Assembly: GCA_965202585.1 (NCBI GenBank)
Contig: OZ241831.1
Coordinates: 2,790,001 to 2,854,000, forward strand
Direction of reading: 5' to 3'
Origin: Thalia democratica
Lineage: Eukaryota
Length of the DNA: 64,000 bases
The position numbers and the translations under genes are program-made. Below, in pieces: positions 1-11,413 of this stretch. Each line of letters opens with the position of its first letter. Position 1 is the stretch's first letter. Below the pieces are notes generated by a model. It was not told the DNA's origin. It worked only from the letters and a program-made list of their open reading frames with translations, and searched no databases.

Positions 1-502
1 TATTAAACCAATCACCTTTGAAGTAGATACAACTAACTAGAACACATACAGTTTTAGGGTCCAATTCACTAAACAAATCTTTAATTTTTTCTTTAGTACA
101 GTGTGCAACCCAACCATTGATTATATTTTTTGATTTGTCTGCATTGTTTTTATAGTCTAAAGATTGGATTTGGCATTTAAAAGCAGTTTTCATATCACTC
201 TCGTACTTTGAAACCATCTGAAACGTTTTTGAAGGAAAGACAGAGTTAGCAAGTTCAACTTTTAAATTATTAGAGTCGTAGTTAAGTACATCAGTCAGCG
301 CTTTGAGCTTAGAAAGAAGTTCTTCATCTTTTACAAATCCTAGTGCATCTTCAATCTGATGCTTGGTCGTTCCATCTGAACCTAGTAGTAGCATAGAAAG
401 AGCAAGCGAAATGCTCAGTGGTGAAAAGAAAACGTTTTCGTTTTCATCAGTGATTTCACAGAGCTTTTCAAAGAGATTGATATCAAACGAGTTGAAATTC
501 AT
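1..502 (-). CDS. Serpin, 5' part only (runs off the window start); close paralog of the 24872-25986 and 54376-55494 copies
   Basis: ATG at 502-500 (MNFNSFDINLFEKLCEITDENENVFFSPLSISLALSMLLLGS); same frame and sequence as the full-length serpins; RCL not in window. Confidence 0.85.
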   Translation of the reverse strand, partial: MNFNSFDINLFEKLCEITDENENVFFSPLSISLALSMLLLGSDGTTKHQIEDALGFVKDEELLSKLKALTDVLNYDSNNLKVELANSVFPSKTFQMVSKYESDMKTAFKCQIQSLDYKNNADKSKNIINGWVAHCTKEKIKDLFSELDPKTVCVLVSCIYFKGDWFN

Positions 503-935
503 ACTGATTTTAGACACATCAAACTTTACAAGCTGAAATATAATTTTATATTACTCATTAATAAAACATTATTTAACTATTGTGTTTAAAATAGTTTTAC
601 AGTTTGAAAAGCCTAAAAAAATTTTTATTTGATTATAACTCCCTGAGTTTAAATGAAAAATATTTTGATCAACTTAAAAACCTTAGAGCCAAGTACTTAT
701 TATAGCATTTTTTTTAATTCTACAACATTTTGTTGTGTAAAAAAATTAGACATTTCTCTTGCATGTCTTTTATAAATTGTTAAGTAATGAATAATTACAT
801 TCTGATTACTTATTTAAACACGCGACAAATTCAAAATGCACAACTAATATTCAAAAATAAAATAAGTGATATTAAAGAAAACAGTTTAATTTCTTCAATG
901 TTTGGTGTTGTTTGTTTCGACACTTGTGGCGCTAG

Positions 936-942
936 TGAGTCA
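936..942. promoter_or_regulatory. AP-1-type site TGAGTCA
   Basis: Exact consensus ~434 bp upstream of the ATG at 502, in a motif block conserved among paralogs. Confidence 0.4.
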
Positions 943-3837
943 CTGTTCTTTTAAAGGTAACTACGACCTACAGCAGATTTGTATTTAAAAAGAAAATAAT
1001 TGTTAGCTTGTTAATTCAGTTTATTTCGACAATTAAATTAAAACATGTCTTTATATTGATAAACTTTGTTAATAGATATGGTATATAAGATCTAGTTATT
1101 TTATTTATGAGCAATTTTTATAAATCTAGTTTTTTAATTATTTATTTATATGACCAAAAGTTTGTTTAAGTTTTTGCAGTAAATTAGCTACAGTTAACTT
1201 CATTAAGGCTTTTAAATTTTTAAGTTGGTTTTATTGTATATATAAAAATATAGTTATGTTATTTTAAATGTTACATAAAAACTAAAGTTTAAGATTATAC
1301 TTTTGAAAGTTTGAAAATGCATTAATAGGGGTAGTTTATTACTTTTGAAATGAAAATATAGATAAAATAGTATAAAGTAGCAAAGAGTTTAGTCAATTAA
1401 GTATTATTTATTTCATATTTTTCTAAAACAAGTATAGCTAATAAGCACACATTATATTAATATCATTGAAACTTATTTTTAAAAAGTTTTAAGGCTTGTG
1501 TTTTGTTTGATAACTTTTTACAAACAACGTATAAGTATCATTTCAGCACAGTTAAATATTTAAAGTTCTATTACCACTATGTTATAAAATAATAACAACA
1601 TTATTTAAACTAAACAAATTACCTTAATATTTCCAAAAAATCCAAGTAAAATTAAGTAATTTTATAGATCACTGGCCGACAGCATTTTATAATTTACGGG
1701 GAAATTTTATAAGTTGCTAGCGAGATGAACTTGATAGAAAAAGAAATATTTTATTGGTCACAGTTATTTAAAATAGATGTAGTAAACTGAATAAAAATAT
1801 ACTTAAAAAAATTATAATGAGCGAAAATAAATGACTAGTATATTAATTAATGATTGATAAGTTTACTACGTAATTGTTGTTTTTAACTCATAAACTTTAA
1901 TATTCATAATTAGTATGTTTTTAGCTGAAAAGTACATGGTGGGCCAAACATTTTAGTTTTTCGATATGAAAATTCGGAACCTAGACCGCTATTTACTGTT
2001 TTATGAACTAGTAAAAAAGCACTTAAAAATAAATTAAACTAAGTTCTTATACTTACCCTATGTCTTCAAAGACTACAGTTGAAAAAAAAATTATTGTTCG
2101 AATAGCTTATAATAAGTTATTAGTAGTTGTTTAATACTAAAAAATTGGTTTACTTTGCTAAAGCTTTATTTTTAAAATATCTATGCACAAGTATTTAGAA
2201 AACTGTTAAAACAAATAACATATGTAAACTCTGAAATAAGTAAAAATTTACAAAGGCTAACCAACAAAGGACAATTATAACTAACAAAGAAGGTAATTTA
2301 AAAAAAAGACAATTTAAAAATTGGCTTGTTATTTAAATATACAAAGTTTTTGTCTACTAGAATGGTTATTGTTATCATATATGATTTAAGTTGTTCTAAA
2401 ATAAGTTAAAGCAATATAGAATCTAAATAATTTTCTAACTAAACTACACAACTTATCATAACTTCAAAACTGCTAAACTACAACCTTTTATAACATATAA
2501 TCTCAAGAAATATCGTGGTCATTTTTGAAGATTTAAGTTTAGATAATTAATAATTTTAAAATTTGTTAAATAAATTGAATATTCTTTACTCACTAAATTT
2601 ATTAAAATTTTAAGAACAGTTTGTTTTATACAACTTGATTTACTTTGAACACATTTATGGGTTAATAAACACCAGGCTCCAACCTGTTTAGAAAGAAATT
2701 CATCTAATTATAATCTTAAATAATAGAGTTACAATTTGTTAGAGTAATTATACACTTGAATGTAAGTGAACTGCTATAGCTGATGTTAATATTTTTTTTT
2801 TACTTAAATTCCTCGCAATAGCATCTTAAAAACATGTTCATTTTTTTGTACAATTTTGTGTTGTTTAAAAATACTATTCGCTTAACTTACTATATTATTA
2901 TTTTACAATTTTATTAAAAATCATTATATTATAGTTGTATATAACATTTACTATTTTAATTCTTAGAACTTTACATAAATTACCAGGACATAAGTTGTTC
3001 CTATTACCTTTCAATATAAGCAAATAATGTTTAAATTATCTTATTAACAAATTGCTTGGGAAACCTCGTGCTGTTTTAGATTTTTAAAACTTTAAGTAAT
3101 AAAAATTAATTATTTTTTTTAAATTAATTAATTAAAATTAATTGAAACATATAGGTATTGTTTTTGCAACGTTTATTATCAGTGGTTAAAAAGTATAAGG
3201 TTCTAGTAATATTAAGCGTGTTATTATCATAATCGTATGTTTTTATCTTATACGCTATCTTACGTATCACTAGTAGACTTCAATAAAATCATTATGTAAT
3301 GTTAACTAGTAAATACTATCAGTAAACTAATTTTTAAAATATGATATTTCTTTATCTAATTGTGTTTTTTCATAATTACTTTTTACTCATATAAATGTAA
3401 CATCAATTTATTATTTTGATAAAATTCAGTATATACAAGTAATATATAACGTATACTATTTTTATTTGTATAGCTATCATTTTAGCTTCACACAATTTGT
3501 CATGACATTAGCTGTTTGTTTTTCGTATCAATATTACCAATTAATTTTGAAACATTCCTGCTTATTTACTTCAAAAGTATTTAAATATCAACTATGTAAA
3601 ATATCTATTTACTTGCTGCTGAACCCTTTTAAGTTGTAAAAATTAACTATTTCTATTTGGTTTGTATACAAAACAAGGCCATTGTTAAGATATCTTGATT
3701 TATTTTACAAAATTAACATTTATACAACCAAACGTAACACTATTTATGAACCAAAACCATGCTTAGCATCAGACAAAACTTTATATGATAAAGAATAAAA
3801 CGGGATGTACAAACGAAAGCAATCGATCATAACTTCA

Positions 3838-4474
3838 TTACAACGAAGCTACTTTTCCCATGAACAAAGTTTGGCTTTTGAACAAAATCATCAACACAAA
3901 CGGATGATCAACTGTAAAGCGAATTGGCTCATTGACTGGAGAAAAACCACAAATATAATTCTTAACTAATCCAGTTGCTGCTGCTTCGGACACAAAAAGT
4001 CAACTGGATTGCGTGGACATTTCACTAAAGTCTGCAAGAATTTCATCAAAAGCGTCTTTTACTTATAACAAACGTAAGCATTTGTTCAATTTAGCTTCAT
4101 ACTCAAGTTTGAACTTTGGCATTCTCAACGAGATGTGTTTATTACAGTTTTTATTAATATCTTTGAGGATTTCAACAGTTTTAATGTTTAGTTTTCGGAT
4201 CACACTTTTCGATCCAAATTTCTCATCAGGTAAAATTATCAGCATACTAAAATCTGGCTGCTTGTAAGCAATTCTCACACACTTGAACCCTTTTTCATCA
4301 ACTGAAACATACGGAAAGTCATTTCTCTTTATCATCATTTCAACAGTAGAAGTTTTATTTTCTGTACAATAGAATGGAGCTTTGTAGGTTTGATAACTTT
4401 TGAACTTCTTAAACCAATCACTTTTGAAGTAGATACAACTAATTAGAACACATGCAGTTTCAGGGTCCAATTCA
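3838..4474 (-). pseudogene. 5'-truncated serpin pseudogene, RCL class GLVKNYICGFSPV
   Basis: Homology begins at ELDPETAC (~4474); in-frame TAA at 4063-4065 and a TGA near 4010; 48-nt in-frame deletion near 3984; native stop at 3838-3840. Confidence 0.9.
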
Positions 4475-4741
4475 TTATATATCATAAGTTAAAAACTGCT
4501 AAACTACAACCTTTTATAACATATAATCTCAAGAAATATAGTGGTCATTTTTGAAGATTTAAGTTTGGATAATTAATAATTTTAAAATTTGTTAAATAAA
4601 TTAAATATTCTTTACTCATTTAATTTATTAAAGTTTTAAGAACAGATTGTTTTATACAACTTAATTTACTTTAAACACATTTATGGGTTAAATAACACAA
4701 AGCTCCAACCTGATTCTTTATAAAACTATCATCTTAAATAA

Positions 4742-6007
4742 GATGTAACGTTATAAGGCGTTAAATCCTGAAGATCCTGATAAGCTAAGCTTATCGGAAT
4801 GTATATCACAGATGTTCTTGTGCTAAAACTTTATTTCAACTAACGGCGTTTCACTGCTCTCAAATAAATTTAAGAACAGATCTACGGAGTCTATAAAATG
4901 TTAACACACATTAGAAAAAAAGCAGAAAAAAGCATGTATAATTATGTATAGTATTTATCTAGGTAGTAACTATAAATGGACTTTATGGTTTAAAAACAAA
5001 GTTTGGGATAAAAGCATAAAATTATAAAATTGTCTACAAAAAAAACAAATTTAATAAAAGTAGGCACTAACCTCAAAAAGCTCTAAGAATAGGCAAGTTT
5101 TAAAAATGAAGATTAAATTGAGTTGTGCAGAAATGTTACGTCATAATAATTTTAACAAATTGTTCGATAATTTATACAGCTTAAAAGCATGAAGTATTAA
5201 ACTTGCAAGTATATGTGAGTTTTGTGAAATAAATTAGTACATAAATAGACAGAGTTATTTAAAGGATAGATATGCTAATCATAAACATACTTTTAAAAAT
5301 ATAAATAAAAAACAAAGCACGCGTTTATCGGATTATGTCTGGAGCTTTTTTCACAGGTACGGTAAAAGGCCAAACATGGAGTGGAGTATTGTTTCAAAGA
5401 TCAAACATGCATCCAACGGAGTAAGTAGAATTTGCCCAACTTGCAATACAGAAAGAGCAGTAATTGCAGCAGAAGATAAAGACCTACTTCTGAATAAGCG
5501 GCAAGATTTATCGAATATCTGTCCCCATAACCGACGATTCTACTTTAAATAACTCTGTCTATTTATGTACTAATTTATTTAACAAAACTCACATATACTT
5601 GCAAGTTTAATACTTCATGCTTTTAAATTGTATAAATTATCGAACAATTTGTTAAAATTATTATGACGTAACATTTCTGCACAACTCAATTTAATTTTCA
5701 TTTTTAAAACTTGCCTATTCTTAGAGCTTTTTGAGGTTAGTGCCTACTTTTATTAAATTTGTTTTTTTTTTGTAGACAATTTTATAATTTTATGCTTTTA
5801 TCCCAAACTTTGTTTTTAAACCATAAAGTCCATTTATAGTTACTACCTAGATAAATACTATACATAATTATACATGCTTTTTTCTGCTTTTTTTCTAATG
5901 TGTGTTAACATTTTATAGACTCCGTAGATCTGTTCTTAAATTTATTTGAGAGCAGTGAAACGCCGTTAGTTGAAATAAAGTTTTAGCACAAGAACATCTG
6001 TGATATA
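4742..6007 (+). mobile_element. 5'-truncated Penelope-like retroelement (PLE) with inverted 3' arm
   Basis: Arms 4802-5264 and 5543-6007 are near-perfect reverse complements; spacer encodes a GIY-YIG C-terminal tail; flanked by direct repeat ATCTTAAATAA (4731-4741, 6008-6018) that is single-copy at the same site in other module copies. Confidence 0.8.
5268..5552 (+). pseudogene. C-terminal remnant of a PLE GIY-YIG endonuclease (94 codons plus stop, no start)
   Basis: Manual translation RYANHKHTFKNINKKQSTRLSDYVWSFFHRYGKRPNMEWSIVSKIKHASNGVSRICPTCNTERAVIAAEDKDLLLNKRQDLSNICPHNRRFYFK*; matches the remembered PLE pattern RYxNH..STxLSxYxW..W..CxxC..LLNKR..CxH. Confidence 0.75.
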
Positions 6008-6441
6008 ATCTTAAATAATATGCTTACAATTTGTAAGTGTAATTATACATTCGAATGCAAGTGAACTGCTAGAGCTGATGTTAATATTTCTTTTGTAAAA
6101 AATTCACTAAATTCCTCGCAATAGCATCTTTAAAACATAATCATTTTTTGTAAAATTTTGTCTTGTTTAAAAATACTATTCGCTTAACTTATTATAACAT
6201 CATTTTACAAGTTTAATAAAATTTATTATATCATAGTTGTATTTAACATTTACTATTTTAATTCTTAGAGCTTCACATAAGTTATAGCCCTAAGTTTTTT
6301 TCTATTACGTTTCAATATCCTTTTTTTTTTAATTAACTGAGCAAGTTATCTTATTAACAAATTGCTGCGAAAACCTCGTACTATATATAACTTTAAAACC
6401 TTAAATTTTTAAAATTAATATCTTTCACTTGCAAAACATGT

Positions 6442-6830
6442 TTTGTGATAATGATGTTTTTGTCATTTTTATATTGTTTTAACTCTATTATGCAACCCTT
6501 AATCATTCTGAAGTCGCCTAAATCAATTTGTGTACCACTATAACCGCAAAATCACAAATTTTGGCATCTAAACTGTTATGAGCTTCACTACTTAGTCTTA
6601 GACTGTAGAAAGTACCACTATTAACTGCTTATTTATAGTGGTATACAAATTGGTTTAGGTGACTTCAAAATAATTAAGGGTTGCATAAAAGAGTTTAAAA
6701 AACTTAAAAATGACAATAACATCATTATCACAAATTTGGATAAAGATTCTGGTGTTGTAGTTTAAGTTCTTCACATTATCTTAGTAAAATGGAAAATTTA
6801 TTAAACTATTACACCAAATTCAAACATATA
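6442..6830 (+). mobile_element. PLE reverse-transcriptase relic (DKG motif) with ~100-bp inverted repeat; loop orientation A
   Basis: Arms ~6442-6543 and ~6633-6734; right arm and downstream sequence translate, with lesions, to a KNDxNIIIT-x-x-DKxSGVVV..HYxSKMENLL-like peptide. Confidence 0.65.
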
Positions 6831-7524
6831 GGTTGTGTTTTTGCATTATTTATTGTCAGTGGTTAACAAGTATAAGGTATAAGTCAAATTAAGCGTGTTA
6901 TTATAGTAATCGTATGTTTTATATTTTTTACGCTATCTTACGTATCGCTAGTACACTTCGATAAAATAATTAGATATCGTTAATTAGTAAATACTATCAG
7001 TAACTGTAATTTTTAATGCATGATTATTTCTTTATCTTATTATGTTTTTTCATAACTACTTTATACTTAACTAAATGTAGCATCAAATTAATATTTTCTT
7101 AAAATACAGTGTATACTAGTAACATATAACGTATAACATTTTGATTCTGAGCTTAACACAATTTATTAAGAAATAAACTGTTTGTATTGCGTATAAACAT
7201 TACCAATTAATTTTAAAACTTTCCTGCTTTTCACACTATTTCAAAAGTATTTAAATGTAACTGAGTAGAATATCTGTTTACTTGCTGCTGAACCCTTTTA
7301 AATTGTAAAAATTAGCTATTTCCGTTTGATTTTATACAAAATAGGACCATAGTTAAGATATCTCAATTTATTTAACAAAAATCAACATTTACACAACCAA
7401 ACCTATTATTTATTAAACTTAACGAAAATCATGCATAACATCAAACACAAATTCATAATAAAAATGAATAAAAATGAATAAAACGGAATATACAAACGAA
7501 AACAATCGAATCCTGAAATCTTCA

Positions 7525-8643
7525 TTACAACGAAGTTACTTTTCCCATGAACAAAGTTTGATTTTTGAACAAAATCATCAACACAAACGGATGATCAACT
7601 GTAAAACGAACTGGTTTTTTGACTGAAGACATAGCACAAAGAAACCTCATGGTTAATCCAGTTGCTGCAGCAGCTTCAGTTCCATTTTCATTTGTCTCAA
7701 TGAATGCTTTGTGGACTGCTTCGGAGACATAAAGTCCACTGGATTGCGTGGACATCGCACTAAAATCTGCAAGACTTTTATCAAAAGCGTCTTTTACTCC
7801 CAACAAACGTAAGCATTTATTCAATTTAGCTTCATAATCAAGTTTGAACTTTGGCATTGCTAGTGAGATATATTCTTCATGGAATTTGTTAATATCTTTG
7901 AGGTTTTCAATGGTTTCAACGTCCAGCTTTTTAATTACACTTTTTAGACCAAACTTCTCATCAGGTAAAATTATCAGCATACTAAAATCTAGTTGCTTGT
8001 AAGGAATTCTCACACACTTAAAACCTTTTTCTTCAACTGAAATATACGGATAGTAATCTCTCTGTGTCATCATTTTAACAGAAGAAGTTTTATTTTCTGT
8101 ACAATAGAATGGGAACTCGTAAGTGTCATAACCTTTGAACTTGTTATACCAATCACCTTTGAAGTAGATAGAACTAACTAGAACACATGCAGTTTCAGGA
8201 TCGAAGCCGCTAAACAATTTTTTAATTTTTCCATTAGTACAACGTGCAACCCAATCATTGATTTTATTTTTTGATTTGTCTGCATTGTTCTTGTAGTCTA
8301 AAGATTGAATTTGGCATTTAAAAGCAGTTTTCATATCACTGTTGTATTTTGCATCCATTATAAATGTTTCTGAGGGAAAGACAGAGTTAACAAGTTCAAC
8401 TTTTAAACTATTAGAATCGTAGTTAAGTACATCAGTCAGCGCTTTGAGCTTAGAAAGAAGTTCTTCATCTTTTACGAATCCTAGTGCTTCTTCAATCTGC
8501 TGCTTGGTTGTTCCATTTGAACCTAGTAGTAGCATAGAAAGAGCAAGCGAAATGCTCAGTGGTGAAAAGAAAATGTTTTCGTTTTCATCAGTGCTTTTAC
8601 AAAGCTTTTCAAAGAGATTGACATCAAACGAGTTGAAATTCAT
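7525..8643 (-). CDS. Intracellular serpin, intact, 372 aa; RCL ENGTEAAAATGLTMRFLCAMSS
   Basis: Serpin motifs FFSPLSISLALSML, IYFKGDW, LPKFK-like MPKFKL, hinge GTEAAAAT, FTVDHPF; ORF track start 8658 is GTG, first ATG is 8643-8641. Confidence 0.95.
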   Translation of the reverse strand: MNFNSFDVNLFEKLCKSTDENENIFFSPLSISLALSMLLLGSNGTTKQQIEEALGFVKDEELLSKLKALTDVLNYDSNSLKVELVNSVFPSETFIMDAKYNSDMKTAFKCQIQSLDYKNNADKSKNKINDWVARCTNGKIKKLFSGFDPETACVLVSSIYFKGDWYNKFKGYDTYEFPFYCTENKTSSVKMMTQRDYYPYISVEEKGFKCVRIPYKQLDFSMLIILPDEKFGLKSVIKKLDVETIENLKDINKFHEEYISLAMPKFKLDYEAKLNKCLRLLGVKDAFDKSLADFSAMSTQSSGLYVSEAVHKAFIETNENGTEAAAATGLTMRFLCAMSSVKKPVRFTVDHPFVLMILFKNQTLFMGKVTSL

Positions 8644-8673
8644 ACTGATTTTAGACACTACAAACTTTACAAG

Positions 8674-8916
8674 CTGAAATATGATTTTATATTACTCACT
8701 GATAAAACATTATTTAACTATTGTGTATAAAATAGTTTTACAACTTGTAAAGCTTAAAAAATTATTTAGTTGATTGTAACTCAATGAGTTTAAATGCAAA
8801 ATGTTTTGACTAACTTAAAAACATTAGAGCCAAGTCTTTACCAGAGAAATTTTTACAATGTTACAAAATATTTTTGAGTAACAAAATTAGAGATATATCT
8901 AAATAGTCTTTCATAC
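8674..8916 (-). other. Predicted 5'-UTR intron of the 7525-8643 serpin
   Basis: Minus strand CAG|GTATGA donor (GT at 8916-8915) and ATATTTCAG|CTTG acceptor (AG at 8675-8674); equivalent signals in most other minus-strand copies, e.g. 13612-13852. Confidence 0.6.
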
Positions 8917-9084
8917 CTGACAAAATTGTTAAGTAACTGAACTGCCTGTAAATACATTCTGATTACTGAACACGCGACAAATTCAAAATGCACAACTAAT
9001 AATAAAAAATAAAATAAGTGATATTAAACAAATAATTATTTCTTTATTGTATGCTATTGTTTGTTTTGACACTTGTGGCGCTAA

Positions 9085-9091
9085 TGAGTCA
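9085..9091. promoter_or_regulatory. AP-1-type site TGAGTCA
   Basis: Exact consensus 442 bp upstream of the ATG at 8643. Confidence 0.4.
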
Positions 9092-10467
9092 CTGTTTTTT
9101 AAAAGTAACTACTACCTACAGGAGCTTTATGTTAAAAAAATAATAATCGTTAGCTTGTTAGTTAGATTTATTTCGACAACTAAATTAAAACATGTCTTTA
9201 ACAATAATAAAATTTATTCAGAGTTATGGTATATAAGATCTAGTTATTTTATTTATGAGCAATTTTTATAAATCTAGTTTTTTAATTATTCATTTATATG
9301 ACCAAAAGTTTGTTTAAGTTTTTGTAGTAAATTAAAAACAGCTAACTTCATTAAGCCTTTTAAATTTTATAAGTTGGTTTTATTGTATATATAGAAATAT
9401 AGTAATGTTATTTTAGTTGTTATATACAAACTACAGTTTAAGATTATACTTTTGAAAGTTTGAAAATGCATTGATAGGGGTAGTTTATTACTTTTGAAAT
9501 GAAAATATAGATAAAATAGTATAAAGTAGCAAAGAGTTTAGTCAATTAATATTATTTATTTCATATTTTTCTAAAACAAGTATAGCTAATAAGCACACAT
9601 TATATTAGTATCATTGAAACTTCTTTTAAAAAGTATTAAGGCTTGTGTTTTGTTTAATAACTTTTTACAAACAACGTATAAATATCAATTTAGCACAATT
9701 AAAACTTTAAAGTTCTATTACCAATATGATATAAAATGATAACAACATTGTTTAAACTGAAAAAAAACCTTAATATTTCCAAAAATCCAAGTAAAATTAC
9801 GTAATTTTCTAGGTTACTGGCCGAAAGCATTTTATAATTTACGGGTAAATTTTATAAGTTGCTAGCGAGATGAACTTGATAGAAAAAGAAATACTTTACG
9901 GGTCGTAGTTATTTAAAATAGATGTAGTAAATAGTATTAAAAAATATTTAAAAAATAAAAATAATAATATTAATTTAAAATGAATTACTAGTAGTTAACA
10001 ACTGATAAATTTACTTCCTATTTGTAATTTTTAACTACAAAAACTTTATTTTATTCTAGTATGTTTTTAGCTGAAAAGTACATCGTGGACCAAGCATTTT
10101 AGTTTTTAGAAAATTAGGCACCTGGACCGCTATTTGCCGTGTTCTTATCGGAATAGTTAAAGTAAAATCACTTTAATAAAAATTAAGCTAAATTTTAATA
10201 CTTACCCTAGATCTTTAAGGACTATAGTTTTTTAATTTTATACTTCGAATAGTTTATAATAAGTTATCAGTAGTTGTTTAATACTGAAAAATTAGTTTAC
10301 TTTGTTAAAGCTTTATCTTTAAAATGTTTATGTATAAGTATTTAGAAAACTGTTTAAACAAATATCATGTTAAAATACATAGTTGGCCGGATATGGGTTC
10401 TAGACTTCTGTTTGCAGTCTTCTAAAAAATATACTTCAAGAAAAGTTTATTTATACTTACCCTAGAT

Positions 10468-10812
10468 CAGGGGTCGGCAAACTGCGGCCCGCGGGCTAAA
10501 TGCGGCCCTCTAAGTCAAACTTTGCGGCCCTCAAAAGTAATCAGCAAAAAATATACATTTTAAATACAATAAAAATTCTATTTTTTGTGAAAAAAAAACT
10601 TACATTTAGGCTCTTAATTCAATAAGTACTCTTTATTAATTGTATAATATTGCTTAATTTGTTACTCTTTTGATCTTATATAATATTTATCAACTGATTA
10701 CTAGAATATTTTTTAGATAAATTCGGCCCTAAAGGTTTTTTAAATAGTGCGGCCCGCAAGCAAATTATTTAAAGAAAATTGGCCCGTTAGTCACAAAAAG
10801 CTGCAGACCCTA
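10468..10812. mobile_element. hAT-type MITE, degenerate
   Basis: Starts CAGGGGTCGGCAAACTGCGGCCCGCGGGC, with subterminal GCGGCCC repeats at both ends, and ends AAGCTGCAGACCCTA (eroded TIR); no clean 8-bp TSD seen. Confidence 0.65.
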
Positions 10813-11413
10813 CACCTTTATTCTATATCGTTTTAAATTAAACATTGCACAGTTTATAATAAGATATTAGTTGGATAATTATAATAATAGCTATGTTTTT
10901 TAAGTATTTGATTACAAGTAATTAGCTAACTAGTTAAGTAAGTAACACGAGTAAAGTGTAAACTTAATCTGAATCTCAAATAATATGGTTATAATTTGTT
11001 AGTGTAATTGTAAAATCGAGTATAAGTGAACTGCTATACAGATGTTAATATTATTTTTTTATAAAAAAATTGACTTAAATCCTCGCAATAGTATCTTTAA
11101 AACATGATCATTTTTTTGTTCAAAACTGTGTTTTTAAAAAATACTATTCGCTTAACTTTTTATAACATAATTTTACCAGTTTAATAAAAATTATTATATC
11201 AAAGTTATATATAACATTTACTATTTTAATTCTTTGAGCTTTACATAAGTTAAGTTAAGACATAAATTGTTTCTATTACGTTTAAATATCCTTTTTTTTA
11301 ATTAAATTGAGTAAGTTATCTTATTAACAAATTGCTGCAGAAACCTCGTGCTTTTTTAGATTTTTAAAACCTCAAGTTATGAAATTTTATTATTTACACT
11401 TGTAAAACATGTT

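Noticed and set aside
8644-8658. MSKIS N-terminus given by the ORF track
   Set aside because: The start is GTG; in a eukaryotic gene the ATG five codons later is the likely start, and plus-strand copies begin at that ATG
8444-8677. Recurrent antisense ORFs (MSLERSSSSF.., MDIALKSAR.., MSTEVDPVAAAA.., MTEDIAQ..) overlapping every serpin
   Set aside because: Shadow frames of the serpin codons; they recur only because the serpins are duplicated, and their lengths vary with synonymous changes
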